Shown piece after piece: positions 8,850 through 18,608 of a stretch of 64,000 nt of DNA. A model generated the notes under the pieces. That model saw nothing but the letters and a program-made list of their open reading frames with translations. It had not been told where the DNA came from and made no database searches. Position numbers and translations under genes: made by a program. Each line of letters begins with the position of its first letter. Within the stretch, counting starts at the first letter, position 1. The stretch spans positions 25,198-89,197 of the forward strand of contig DATJAL010000047.1 in the NCBI GenBank assembly GCA_035516255.1. The letters are read 5' to 3'. The DNA comes from Chitinivibrionales bacterium (lineage in GTDB: Bacteria > Fibrobacterota > Chitinivibrionia > Chitinivibrionales > FEN-1185).

Positions 8850-11639
8850 TCAGCGGAACCTCCCCGTATCCTGCGCCCCCGGCCCGGGCAGCGGCGACCG
8901 TACGAGCCGCTGAAGCCGCGCCGAGAGCTCGGCCGCCCGCTTGTCGCCCGGATGCGACGCCGCGAACGTCTCGATGACCGTGAGCGCGCTGTCGTACTCG
9001 CCCTCCTCCTCGTATATCCGGGAGAGCGACACGCATTCGTTCCACGGGTCGGGGTCGCGCTCGACGATCTCCTTGAACAGGACGCCGGCTTCCCTGCGCT
9101 TGCCCTCGAGGTCGAGCGCCTGCGCGAGCATCTTGACATATTCGATATTGCCGGAATCGATCGAGAGCGCCTCGCGCGCGCGCTTCTCGGCCTCGGCGGC
9201 GCGGTTGTGGTCGGTGAGGAACTCGTGGCGCAGCATGCGCGGCCGCCAGTCCCAGGGCATCATCGCCACGCACCGGTCCATCGTGGAGACGGCGAGGTCG
9301 ACCTTCTCCCCGTACTCCGCGCGCTTCGAGGCCAGGAGCGCCTCCTGTTCGGGAGAGGCCTGTTTCGTCGGGCCGGCAAGCTGCCTCTGCAGCGAGTCGA
9401 CCTCGTCGTGCAGGTCCATGAGCGGCTTGCGGAGCGCGAGCGCCAGCTGGAGGTAGCAGGCGGCGTAATTGGAAAGCAGCTTGCGCGACGTCTGCTCAAG
9501 GTGCGACGTGCCGTCGCCGAGGCCGCTGAAGCGGTAGACATGGTCGAGGAGGTACACGGTCTTGTCGATGTCGATCAGCCTGTCCTGCGGCACCACCACG
9601 GGCATGATGCGGTACGCGAGCCCCTGCATCTGCAGGTACGGGCCGAGGCCCATGAAGTTGTCCTCCGACACGGTGGCGGCGAAATAGATGGGCCTGCGCC
9701 ACCGGTTCGAGTCCACGATGTTGAGCACCATCTTGTCCTGCACGCGCAGCACCGGCTGCCGCTGCCGCCCCGGAATCACGATGTTTATGCCCGCGTTGGG
9801 CATGACATACGGCGTGGGCTCGGCGAACGGGTTTGCCTCGTGGATGAGCCCCTCGATCTGGGAGTCGCTGTAGGAGATGGGTACCTTGGGGTCGAGGTCC
9901 TTGAGCTGCTTGATGAACCAGTCGGTGTTGACCAGGCTCAAATTGACAATACGGACATCCCTGCGGATGCCGAACGCCTCCTGCAGGGCCCACAGCGGGA
10001 ACGTGTCGTTGTCGCCGTTCGTGATGAGGATGCCCTCCCTGTCGCAGGTCATGAGAAGGTTGTAGGCGTAATCGAAGGGCACGTGGTTGCCGCGGCGGCT
10101 CTGGTCGTTTACGTTCTGCGAAAAGGGCAGCGCGGGCGACACCGCGAACAGCACCGCGCACACCGGCGCCGCGGCGGTGCGGACGAACTTTCTCCTGTTT
10201 GTAAACATAACATACATGAGGCAGCCCGCCGAAAGGCCGAGCCACATTCCCTGGAACAAAAATCCGCCGGCCCAGAAATAATCTCGGACGCGCACCTCGC
10301 GGTGCACCACGGGCATGGGGCCCTGCTTGCCGTGCTGCGACCACGCGATGTAGTCGCGCTGCTCGGCCTTTGTCCCGTCCGCGAAATTCATGTACAGCGT
10401 GAGGATGACGGTGGTCATGAGTTCCAGCGCCATGAGCAGCACGGCGGCATTCCGGTTTTTTTTATACAGATAATAAAAACCAAAAAGGATGAAACCGACG
10501 GGCAGCAAATACGCAAGCATTTTCCCCGCCCCGGCCGCGGCGCCGTTTTTGGTGAGGATGTAGGGCTTTCCCTGTCCGTCGTTCTGGGTGTCGAGGTCCG
10601 AGAAATGGAAAAACTGGGTGATGAAATGCCCGCCGAACCCCATGTTTCCCTCGATGCCGAACTGGTGCGCCCACGTGCCGCGGCGCCAGAACATGCGCTG
10701 GACCATGGTTTCTGACCCATACTGCTTGCGCTCAAGGTAATCGTTGAAGGCCTGCAGGGTTGCGGGATGGTTCTCGTCGATCATGGGGTTGAGCGCCGAC
10801 CGCACCGGGATGTACAGGTAGCAGGAAAACCCGACAATTGACAAAAGGGCAAGCCAGAAACAGAACGCCCACGTGGCCTTGTTCTGCCGGCTCACGAGCG
10901 CGCCCAGGCCCATCACCGCCACGGCGGCCGCGCCGCACATGTAATAGAGGGCGTTGTCGTACATGATGACACCGCACGCCGCGGCCGTCGTCCACAACCG
11001 CCAGTCGCGGAGTTTCTGTTTGTCAACGAGCGCCACGAACAGCGCCATGGGCGCCAGAACGGTGCCCGAATACATGTGGATGCCGATGCCCAGAAACGCC
11101 AGGTAGGTGGTAAGGAGGAGCAGCCGGTCGCGTTTGGGGTCCTTGCTTTGCGCCCATACCAGCAGCAGCCAGGCGTTGATCACGATCGGCAGCAGCTGCG
11201 GGCCGTTTACCTCCGCTTCCACCGAGTCGAAAAGCATGGTCCGGCCGAGCGCCGCGAACAGGGCCCCCATCACCGCGCCCACGTAGATGGTGACCCGTTT
11301 CCACCGCGTGTCGGGAATGCCCATGAACCCCACCAGCGCGCGCACGATGATGAGGTAGATGAACATGACGATGACGGCGTCCATCGCCACGGTGAGGAGG
11401 TTGAGACGGTAGGCGAAGTCCTTGACAAAGAATAACGAGGCCGAAACGACGCGGCCGATCATGATGTAGAGCGGGTTCCCCGTCGGGTGCGGGATCTCGA
11501 GCGTGTGGCAGGAGGCGGCGTATTCGCCGCAGTCCCAGAAGCTCACCGTGGGTGAAAGAATGTAAAGATAGGTGGCCATGGTGATGCCCAGCACGATGAG
11601 GGCGAAAATGGTGTTCAGCCTTCTGTGGGTCTTCTCCAT
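8850..11639 (-). CDS. DUF2723 family membrane protein (GT-C-like) with C-terminal TPR repeats
   Basis: The motif SPTVSFWDCGEYAASCHTLEIPHPTGNPLY and many transmembrane segments are typical of DUF2723. The C-terminal third is TPR-like. ATG at 11639 (MEKTHRR...) is preferred over the track TTG at 11693. Confidence 0.8.
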   Translation of the reverse strand: MEKTHRRLNTIFALIVLGITMATYLYILSPTVSFWDCGEYAASCHTLEIPHPTGNPLYIMIGRVVSASLFFVKDFAYRLNLLTVAMDAVIVMFIYLIIVRALVGFMGIPDTRWKRVTIYVGAVMGALFAALGRTMLFDSVEAEVNGPQLLPIVINAWLLLVWAQSKDPKRDRLLLLTTYLAFLGIGIHMYSGTVLAPMALFVALVDKQKLRDWRLWTTAAACGVIMYDNALYYMCGAAAVAVMGLGALVSRQNKATWAFCFWLALLSIVGFSCYLYIPVRSALNPMIDENHPATLQAFNDYLERKQYGSETMVQRMFWRRGTWAHQFGIEGNMGFGGHFITQFFHFSDLDTQNDGQGKPYILTKNGAAAGAGKMLAYLLPVGFILFGFYYLYKKNRNAAVLLMALELMTTVILTLYMNFADGTKAEQRDYIAWSQHGKQGPMPVVHREVRVRDYFWAGGFLFQGMWLGLSAGCLMYVMFTNRRKFVRTAAAPVCAVLFAVSPALPFSQNVNDQSRRGNHVPFDYAYNLLMTCDREGILITNGDNDTFPLWALQEAFGIRRDVRIVNLSLVNTDWFIKQLKDLDPKVPISYSDSQIEGLIHEANPFAEPTPYVMPNAGINIVIPGRQRQPVLRVQDKMVLNIVDSNRWRRPIYFAATVSEDNFMGLGPYLQMQGLAYRIMPVVVPQDRLIDIDKTVYLLDHVYRFSGLGDGTSHLEQTSRKLLSNYAACYLQLALALRKPLMDLHDEVDSLQRQLAGPTKQASPEQEALLASKRAEYGEKVDLAVSTMDRCVAMMPWDWRPRMLRHEFLTDHNRAAEAEKRAREALSIDSGNIEYVKMLAQALDLEGKRREAGVLFKEIVERDPDPWNECVSLSRIYEEEGEYDSALTVIETFAASHPGDKRAAELSARLQRLVRSPLPGPGAQDTGRFR

Positions 11640-11746
11640 CGCAACGCGAGCCTTTCCGTGCTCTGGCGCACCTTCTTTTTTGACGGACGGCAATGAGAAA
11701 AGCGGTGAAAAATTTGGAATCAGCGCGACCTTTTAATTCGGTACTT

Positions 11747-12178
11747 TCACGCACCTTCGTCTTTTTTCAGCAGCATCTCCTTGTGGATCGAATCAATCAC
11801 GCCGTTGACGAACTTGCCGGAATCGTCGGTGCCGTACTGCTTGGCAAGTTCCACCGCTTCGTCGATGACCACCTTGAAGGGCACGTCGGCGCAGAAGCGG
11901 AGCTCGGCCACGGCCATGCGCAGGATGTTGCGGTCGATGACGGTCATGCGCTTGAGGTCCCAGTTCGCGGCGTGCTGGCCGAGTAGTGCGTCGATCTCCT
12001 TGATCGACGAAAGCGTTTTTCCTGCGAGCACGCCGGCGTACTCCTTCGCCCCGGAATCGTCGCCCTGGTCGTGAACGATTCCTTCGAGAACGCTGCCGAA
12101 CTCGGCGGTGTTGCCCACTTCGCAGGCGTACAGGGTCTGCAGGGCGAGCTCGCGGGATTTTCGTCTGTTCTGTTGCAT
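11747..12178 (-). CDS. nusB: Transcription antitermination factor NusB
   Basis: 143 aa with RRKSRELALQTLYACEV...DRNILRMAVAEL, typical of NusB. It sits downstream of ribH, as in many bacteria. Confidence 0.9.
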   Translation of the reverse strand: MQQNRRKSRELALQTLYACEVGNTAEFGSVLEGIVHDQGDDSGAKEYAGVLAGKTLSSIKEIDALLGQHAANWDLKRMTVIDRNILRMAVAELRFCADVPFKVVIDEAVELAKQYGTDDSGKFVNGVIDSIHKEMLLKKDEGA

Positions 12179-12192
12179 AGGGTTTTAAAGAG

Positions 12193-12300
12193 TCACCAAA
12201 GAGACGCGGAGGACACAGAAAAAATTAAAAAAAGTATTCAGGATAAATGACTAGATAGCAATTGTCACCTTTTTTCTCCGTGTTCTCTGTGCTTCTGTGA
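12193..12300. repeat. Family-D inverted repeat between ribH and nusB
   Basis: Arms TCACCAAAGAGACGCGGAGGACACAGAAAAAA (12193-12224) and TTTTTTCTCCGTGTTCTCTGTGCTTCTGTGA (12270-12300) are related to the 3795-3920 arms. Confidence 0.55.
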
Positions 12301-12306
12301 CTATCT

Positions 12307-12761
<455 letters not shown>

Positions 12762-12774
<13 letters not shown>

Positions 12775-13979
12775 TGTGCTCCTCCTTTGAGAAGGTGTCC
12801 GAGTTTTTCCTTTTTTGTTTTCAGGTATCTCGCGTTTTCCTTGCGCGCCGGAATCTCGATGGGAACCCGCTCCACGATTTCGATGCCGTACCCGCTCAGC
12901 CCCACGATTTTTTTCGGGTTGTTCGTCATGAGGCGGATCGACCGTATGCCCAGGTCGGCGAGGATCTGCGCGCCGATGCCGTAGTCCCTGCGGTCGGCCG
13001 GGAACCCGAGCTGCTCGTTGGCTTGCACGGTGTCAAGCCCCTTGTCCTGCAGCGCGTATGCTTTTATCTTGTTGACCAGCCCTATGCCGCGGCCCTCCTG
13101 GCGCAGGTAGAGCATGACGCCGCCCTCTTTGCCGATCCGCTCCAGGGAAACGGAAAGCTGGTCGCCGCACTCGCACCGCAGCGACCCGAGGATGTCGCCG
13201 GTGAAGCACTCCGAGTGCACGCGCACCAGCACCGGCTTCGCGGACTTGATGTCGCCCTTCTGCAGCACGACGTGTACGCCCTTGCTCAGGATGTCCTCGT
13301 AGCACTTGACGACGAAACGGCCGAACCGCGTCGGCAGCTCGGCGGCGGCCGTGCACTTGACAAAATGCTCATGCGCGGTGCGGTAGCGGATGAGGTCGGC
13401 GATGGTGACGATCCGTATGCCGTGTTCGGCGGAAAATTTCTTGAGCTGCGGCAGCCTGGCCATGGTGCCGTTCTCGTTCATGATCTCGCAGATGACGCCC
13501 GCCGGGTACAGGCCGGCAAGCCGCGCCAGGTCCACCGAGGCCTCGGTCTGGCCGCTGCGCACGAGCACGCCGCCCTCGCGGGCGCGCAGGGGGAACATGT
13601 GGCCGGGCCGCACGAAATCCTTGTGCGTGGTTTTGGGATTGACCAGCGCAAGCACCGTGACCGCACGGTCGGCCGCCGAGATGCCGGTGGTGGTTCCTTC
13701 GCGCGCGTCAACGCTGTCGGTGAACGCGGTCTCGAAGCGCGAGGTGTTTACCGACACCATCATGGGGATGCCGAGCTCGTCGAGCCTCTCCCCTTCCATG
13801 GTGGTGCAGACGAGCCCGCGGGCATATTTCACCATGAAGTTGATCTTCTCCGCGGTGCACAGCTCCGCGGCGAAGGCGAGGTCGCCCTCGTTCTCCCGGT
13901 CCTCGTCGTCGACGATGATGACGAAATTACCTTTTCGGAATTCGGCGATCGCCGCTTCCACGTCGTTATACTGCGTCAA
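12762..13979 (-). CDS. ribBA: Bifunctional 3,4-dihydroxy-2-butanone-4-phosphate synthase / GTP cyclohydrolase II
   Basis: DHBP synthase half ([16 protein letters not shown]) plus cyclohydrolase II half ([11 protein letters not shown]...CECG). The track ORF reaching 14093 reads through ribE in another frame. TTG at 13979 gives 405 aa and a TTGA overlap with the ribE stop. Confidence 0.9.
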
Positions 13980-14635
13980 AATCCGGCCCTTTCCAGGGAA
14001 TCCGCCAGCGAGCCGGCGGACCCCGTGATGTCCTTTTTGCCAATTGTCCCGGCCTCGAGCAGGCGCAAAAGGTACCGCGCGAGCACGTCGCATTCGACGT
14101 TCACGCCGTCGCCCGGGCGCTTGCGGCCGAGCGTGGTCTTTTCGAGCGTGAACGGGATGAGCGCCACGCCGATCTCATTGCCGGCCGCGGCCGCGATGGT
14201 CAGGCTGACGCCGTCAACGGCGATGGAGCCCTTTTCCGCGCAGAACGGAGAAAGGGATTCCGGCACCTTGAGCGTGCGCACCATACTATTGCCGATGCTG
14301 CGGTCGGCCGCGATGCTTGCCACGCCGTCGACATGTCCCAGCACGAAATGGCCGTCGAGCCTGCCCTGCACCGGCAGGGCGCGTTCGAGGTTCACCATGT
14401 CGCCCGCTCGTTTGGTCTTCAGCGTCGTCCGCGACAGCGTTTCGGCGACCGCGGTAAAATACAGGACGGCGCCGCGTTGCGATTCCAGCGTGAGGCATGT
14501 TCCGTCCACGCATACCGAGGCCCCTGGCAGGACTTCAAAAGGCGCCATGACAGGCTCTATGCCGAGCACAAAGCCACGGTCCCCGGGGCGGACTTCCCGA
14601 ATGGTGCCCAGCGTCTCAATGATTCCGGTGAACAT
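13976..14635 (-). CDS. ribE: Riboflavin synthase alpha chain
   Basis: Starts [12 protein letters not shown] and carries two lumazine-binding repeats; 219 aa. Confidence 0.9.
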   Translation of the reverse strand: MFTGIIETLGTIREVRPGDRGFVLGIEPVMAPFEVLPGASVCVDGTCLTLESQRGAVLYFTAVAETLSRTTLKTKRAGDMVNLERALPVQGRLDGHFVLGHVDGVASIAADRSIGNSMVRTLKVPESLSPFCAEKGSIAVDGVSLTIAAAAGNEIGVALIPFTLEKTTLGRKRPGDGVNVECDVLARYLLRLLEAGTIGKKDITGSAGSLADSLERAGF

Positions 14636-14638
14636 GTT

Positions 14639-15751
14639 TCATCTCCTGGCCAGAAGACCGGTGACCATGACATCCCCGCCGAGCCTCTTGATTTCGATTC
14701 GGCCGAGCGTCATGCTTTTGTCAAGTGCAAGCCGGCGTGAAAACGCCAGACCAGGCAAACCGCCGCCGAGAATTTTGTTGCCGTAAAACAGATAGAGCCG
14801 GTTGACCAGCCGGTTTTCGATGAACGACGAAGCCAGCGCGCTTCCGCCTTCAATGAGAATCGAAGAAATTCCTTCACTCCCCGCCATCCGCAAAAATGAG
14901 CGCAGGTTTTTTTCCCTGTCGATTGTGCCGGTGCGCCAGACTTCGACGCCGTTCTCACGTCTTTCTTTTGAACCGGCATCGCCGCCTGCCACGACAAGAA
15001 TACTGCGCGGGCGCCTTTTTGCAATTGTTACAAAATAACTATTGGATGGCACTGAAGCTTTTGAAGAAAAGACAAACCGTACCGGATCGGAGCCTTTTCC
15101 ATGGCGCACGGTCAACTTTGGATTGTCCTTGATCAGCGTGCCGCGGCCGACCCCGACCGCCGCATTCCTGGCGCGCAAATAATGTCCATACCGTCTTGAA
15201 TCTTTTGAGGTGATCCATTGCGATGCGCCCGCCGCGTCGGCGATTCTTCCGTCGAGCGTCATGGCGAGTTTTAGGCTCACCCATGGGCTCTTTTGGGTTA
15301 TCCAGAAAAAAAAGTCTTCGTTGATCCGTTCCGCTTCATGCGCCATGAGGCCAGTGACAACCTCGATCCCGTTTTTTTTAAGAATGCCGGAACCCTTGCC
15401 GTTGACAAGCGGGTTCGGATCTTTGGTTGAAACGCACACCCGCTTTATTCCGGCACCGATGATCGCCGCGGTGCAGGGCGGCGTTTTTCCGAAATGACAA
15501 CAGGGCTCGAGCGTGACGTACATCGTCGCGCCCCGCGCTTTTTCCTTTGCCGCCGCAAGGGCGTTAATTTCGGCATGCGGTCCGCCGCAGTGCGATGTCG
15601 CGCCTTTTCCAACGATGTTTCCTTTTTTTACTATGACCGCGCCCACGGCGGGATTGGGAAACGTGGCGCCTTTTACGCTATCAGCCAAATGCACGGCCAG
15701 CGACATAAAGCGCAAATCCTGTTCGGTGCAAGTGTCGGCATTGCCGGGCAT
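14639..15751 (-). CDS. ribD: Bifunctional diaminohydroxyphosphoribosylaminopyrimidine deaminase / 5-amino-6-(5-phosphoribosylamino)uracil reductase
   Basis: Deaminase zinc motif HAEINAL...PCCHFGKTPPC followed by a C-terminal reductase domain; 370 aa. Confidence 0.9.
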   Translation of the reverse strand: MPGNADTCTEQDLRFMSLAVHLADSVKGATFPNPAVGAVIVKKGNIVGKGATSHCGGPHAEINALAAAKEKARGATMYVTLEPCCHFGKTPPCTAAIIGAGIKRVCVSTKDPNPLVNGKGSGILKKNGIEVVTGLMAHEAERINEDFFFWITQKSPWVSLKLAMTLDGRIADAAGASQWITSKDSRRYGHYLRARNAAVGVGRGTLIKDNPKLTVRHGKGSDPVRFVFSSKASVPSNSYFVTIAKRRPRSILVVAGGDAGSKERRENGVEVWRTGTIDREKNLRSFLRMAGSEGISSILIEGGSALASSFIENRLVNRLYLFYGNKILGGGLPGLAFSRRLALDKSMTLGRIEIKRLGGDVMVTGLLARR

Positions 15752-15896
15752 GTTAACGTTCCCGTAAAAATCCTGTAAAAATTCCGATTTTATCAGTCAA
15801 ATTTTACCTTGCTTTGCAATTGCTAAAATACCTCATGCTGTCATATTCCAACAACTTTAGGCAATACCGGATTTTACACGGATTTATTTTACATGC

Positions 15897-16805
15897 ATGA
15901 CTTCAATTCAGTCGCCGCAAGACCTGCTGGTCCACCTTGCCGGCAACGGGGATCCTTCCGCATTTTATACGCTTGCAGCGCCAAGCATTCGTACCACTTA
16001 TATTGACATGAGGAAGCACGGAAAAAGCCACGCCGAAGCAATGGCGGTCCTTGTGCCGTTTTTAAAAAAGATCCAAAAAAACTACCTCGCCGCAGGTTCC
16101 CGCGACGTTCCTTTTGGTGAATGGTACGAAGCGCAGCAGACAAAGCACCTGTCCAACAACACTGATCCGCAGAACGAAAAAGCGGTACCGGTCCCAATAC
16201 CGGCCGAGGACCTTTCAGATTTTGAATCGCAGATGAGGCTTGTGTTCCAGCAGACCTACCACAACCTCGTGGTGACCAAAAAGGGATCGTCGATGAAACG
16301 GCGATCAAATTCCGGCCTTCCGGCAAAACTTACCGCAGCAATCCTTGGCGTTCTGCTTGTCGCAGCAGGACTTCAACTCTATTTCACCCTGTCCGGTACC
16401 ACTATTTCATTTTCGATTTCCTCGCCAGGGCGCAACCGTCTTTTTTCACTTCCAGCAAAAACAAACAAACCCGTAAATTCACCGCAACCGATGGCTGCAG
16501 TACCCCCGGCTTCGTTTAAAGCCGACACGGTCAAACCGTATAAAGCCCAATCCTCCGACAGCATGAATCCGAATCCTGTAAAAAAACCTTCTCCTCCGCG
16601 GCTCCACCCGAGAATTTCATCATCGCCCCCAGCTGCCGCTCCTGCGCCGGCCCCCTCGGCCAAGCCCTTGCCCGATTCAGCGACCGTTTTCTCAAAACAG
16701 ATTGAGCCGGAGAAAAGCCCCGCTCTTCCCGAAAAAACGGGTCCTTCCGCCTCCCTTCAGAGAAAACAGGCTGTTTCCCCGCAAGATTCCTTATCCAAAG
16801 AATAA
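15897..16805 (+). CDS. Hypothetical single-pass membrane protein with a Pro/Ala-rich tail
   Basis: Features in order: an N-terminal helical segment that faintly resembles sigma-70 region 2 or an anti-sigma factor; one transmembrane helix (LTAAILGVLLVAAGLQLYF); a proline-rich low-complexity C-terminus. It heads the EPS gene run. Confidence 0.45.
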   Translation: MTSIQSPQDLLVHLAGNGDPSAFYTLAAPSIRTTYIDMRKHGKSHAEAMAVLVPFLKKIQKNYLAAGSRDVPFGEWYEAQQTKHLSNNTDPQNEKAVPVPIPAEDLSDFESQMRLVFQQTYHNLVVTKKGSSMKRRSNSGLPAKLTAAILGVLLVAAGLQLYFTLSGTTISFSISSPGRNRLFSLPAKTNKPVNSPQPMAAVPPASFKADTVKPYKAQSSDSMNPNPVKKPSPPRLHPRISSSPPAAAPAPAPSAKPLPDSATVFSKQIEPEKSPALPEKTGPSASLQRKQAVSPQDSLSKE

Positions 16806-16992
16806 ACCAGTTATTCTTCCCTGAGAACTCTATACAATAAGTATATTTCACTTGATAATAAGGATGTAAATAACTTATAATTAACTCTCTTGCGTTGAAA
16901 ATCCTTAGGCAGGAAAATTTAACATTTCTATCTTCGTAATTATATAGAAAAATTTATAATTTTCCCACAAAAGGGCTGGAATAAACGGGGAC

Positions 16993-17688
16993 ATGATGTT
17001 TTCTGAAGACTCTTCACCAGTCCGAGGCGGGTGCTTTGTCCACACACGAATTAAGCGACCGACCCTTGCTCTTTTGTTTATCGCGGCATTAGTTACCCTC
17101 TGTTTCGGCGAAACCGAAGAGTACGTTCTTCAGCCCGGCGACGTCATTTCAATTTCGGTGGTGGAGCACCCGGAATTTTCCGGCAGGCACAAGATCCGCC
17201 CGGATGGCAGAATAAACTATCCTGTGATCGGCGAACTCGACGTGGCCACCCTTACCTGCGCCCAACTCGTGAAAATCATGCAGGGCAAATTGTCGTCCTA
17301 CGTCAACAATCCCGTTGTCTCAGTGTCCATCGAGGAATATTATTCGAACAAAATCTATATCATCGGCGCCGTGCGCCAGCCGGGCCAATATCAAATTTAC
17401 GAGCCGATCGATATCCTCAAGGCCGTCGCAATGTGCGGGGGGCTGCAAAACCTGCGGATCAAAACTATCCGCATCATCCGGGCCGACGGTTCTATTGTTA
17501 CGGTGGAAACAAAGACGCTGTGGGGCGGCGAGGGCAAGCGAGACACCAAAAAATATGTGCTCTACCCAGGCGACACCATGTATGTGCCGGAAAGCTTCGA
17601 AATCCCGTGGGCGCTCATCACCACGGTGCTTACAGTCATCATTCTCTCCATGGAAATAGTTATTTATTCGCAGTACATGGCCAAATAA
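16993..17688 (+). CDS. Polysaccharide export protein (Wza-like Poly_export + SLBB)
   Basis: YVLQPGDVISISV...IRPDGRINYPVIGELDVATLTCAQL, then an SLBB-like segment and a C-terminal hydrophobic helix. Confidence 0.8.
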   Translation: MMFSEDSSPVRGGCFVHTRIKRPTLALLFIAALVTLCFGETEEYVLQPGDVISISVVEHPEFSGRHKIRPDGRINYPVIGELDVATLTCAQLVKIMQGKLSSYVNNPVVSVSIEEYYSNKIYIIGAVRQPGQYQIYEPIDILKAVAMCGGLQNLRIKTIRIIRADGSIVTVETKTLWGGEGKRDTKKYVLYPGDTMYVPESFEIPWALITTVLTVIILSMEIVIYSQYMAK

Positions 17689-17756
17689 ACCCGCACCATT
17701 CCCTCCCCGCTCCTGCGCGTCCAGCCGCGGCGTCTTGACAAAAGGACATCGGCGCT

Positions 17757-18608
17757 ATGGGATACCTCAAATTCTGGAAGCTCAAGGAAAAACCGTTTGA
17801 GGAGCTCTGCAACACGCGGTTCTTTTTCGAAAGCGACGACCACCGCGAAGCGCTCGACCGGATGCTGTACGTGGTCAACGACCGCAACATGAACATGGGC
17901 CTGCTCACCGGCGAGGTGGGCTGCGGCAAGACCATCACGAAAAGCGTGTTCGAAAGCTCACTCCCCAAGCAGCATTTCGAGGTGATCGGGTTCGAGAATT
18001 CGAATTTCACCTTTCTCGACATCCTTTACGATATCGTGACCCGCACCACGTTCCGCGAGGCGCGGCTCGATCTTTCGAGCGAGGAGGCCCAGGCGACTAG
18101 GGACGACAAGTACCTGCTGATGGCCCTGTTCAAAAAGAAGCTGGAAAAGCTCGCCTACGAGGAGAAGCGCCACCTCGTGCTCATCTTCGACGAGGCCCAG
18201 CAGATGGCCAACGAGGTCCTCGACGAGGTGAAAAACCTCACAAACATCACCTCACAAACGCAGAATTACCTCACCATTTTCTTCGTGGGCCAGCCCGAGA
18301 TGCGGGAGAAAATCCGCGCCTTGCGGCAGGTGGACCAGCGCATCTTCCTGCGCTTCCACCTCAACACCCTCGACTACAACAACACCACGAAATACGTCCT
18401 CCACCGTCTGCGCATCGCCGGCCCGGAAAATCTCGGGATCTTCGCGGCACCCGCGCTCGAGATGATTTTCAGGGCCACCGGCGGCGTTCCGCGCGAGATC
18501 AACCGGCTCTGCAAGCTCGCGCTCAATTACGGCTTTGCGCAGGAGCTCCCGGAAATCCGCGGTGAAGACATCGGACTCATCCTTGACGACATGCGAAAGC
18601 ACGGCTGA
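17757..18608 (+). CDS. ExeA/GspA-like AAA ATPase (as found in PEP-CTERM-type EPS loci)
   Basis: N-terminal FWKLKEKPFE...DDHREALDRMLY, Walker A GEVGCGKT and Walker B LVLIFDEAQ. Confidence 0.8.
   Translation: MGYLKFWKLKEKPFEELCNTRFFFESDDHREALDRMLYVVNDRNMNMGLLTGEVGCGKTITKSVFESSLPKQHFEVIGFENSNFTFLDILYDIVTRTTFREARLDLSSEEAQATRDDKYLLMALFKKKLEKLAYEEKRHLVLIFDEAQQMANEVLDEVKNLTNITSQTQNYLTIFFVGQPEMREKIRALRQVDQRIFLRFHLNTLDYNNTTKYVLHRLRIAGPENLGIFAAPALEMIFRATGGVPREINRLCKLALNYGFAQELPEIRGEDIGLILDDMRKHG

Noticed and set aside
13980-14093. The longer ribBA start at 14093, with similar upstream starts at 21700, 23298, 27298, 32448, 37167, 52836, 58012, 58932 and 59805.
   Set aside because: Each extension overlaps the preceding gene or adds non-homologous residues. 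Internal ATG or TTG codons with start/stop overlaps or visible Shine-Dalgarno motifs give N-termini that match the respective families.
15752-15896. An FMN (RFN) riboswitch expected upstream of ribD.
   Set aside because: The 145-nt region is AT-rich. It lacks the conserved RFN core (GGGGCGAAATTCCC.. / ..CCGACAGT.. type segments) and any multi-stem GC-rich fold. I found no riboswitch-like sequence elsewhere near the rib genes either.
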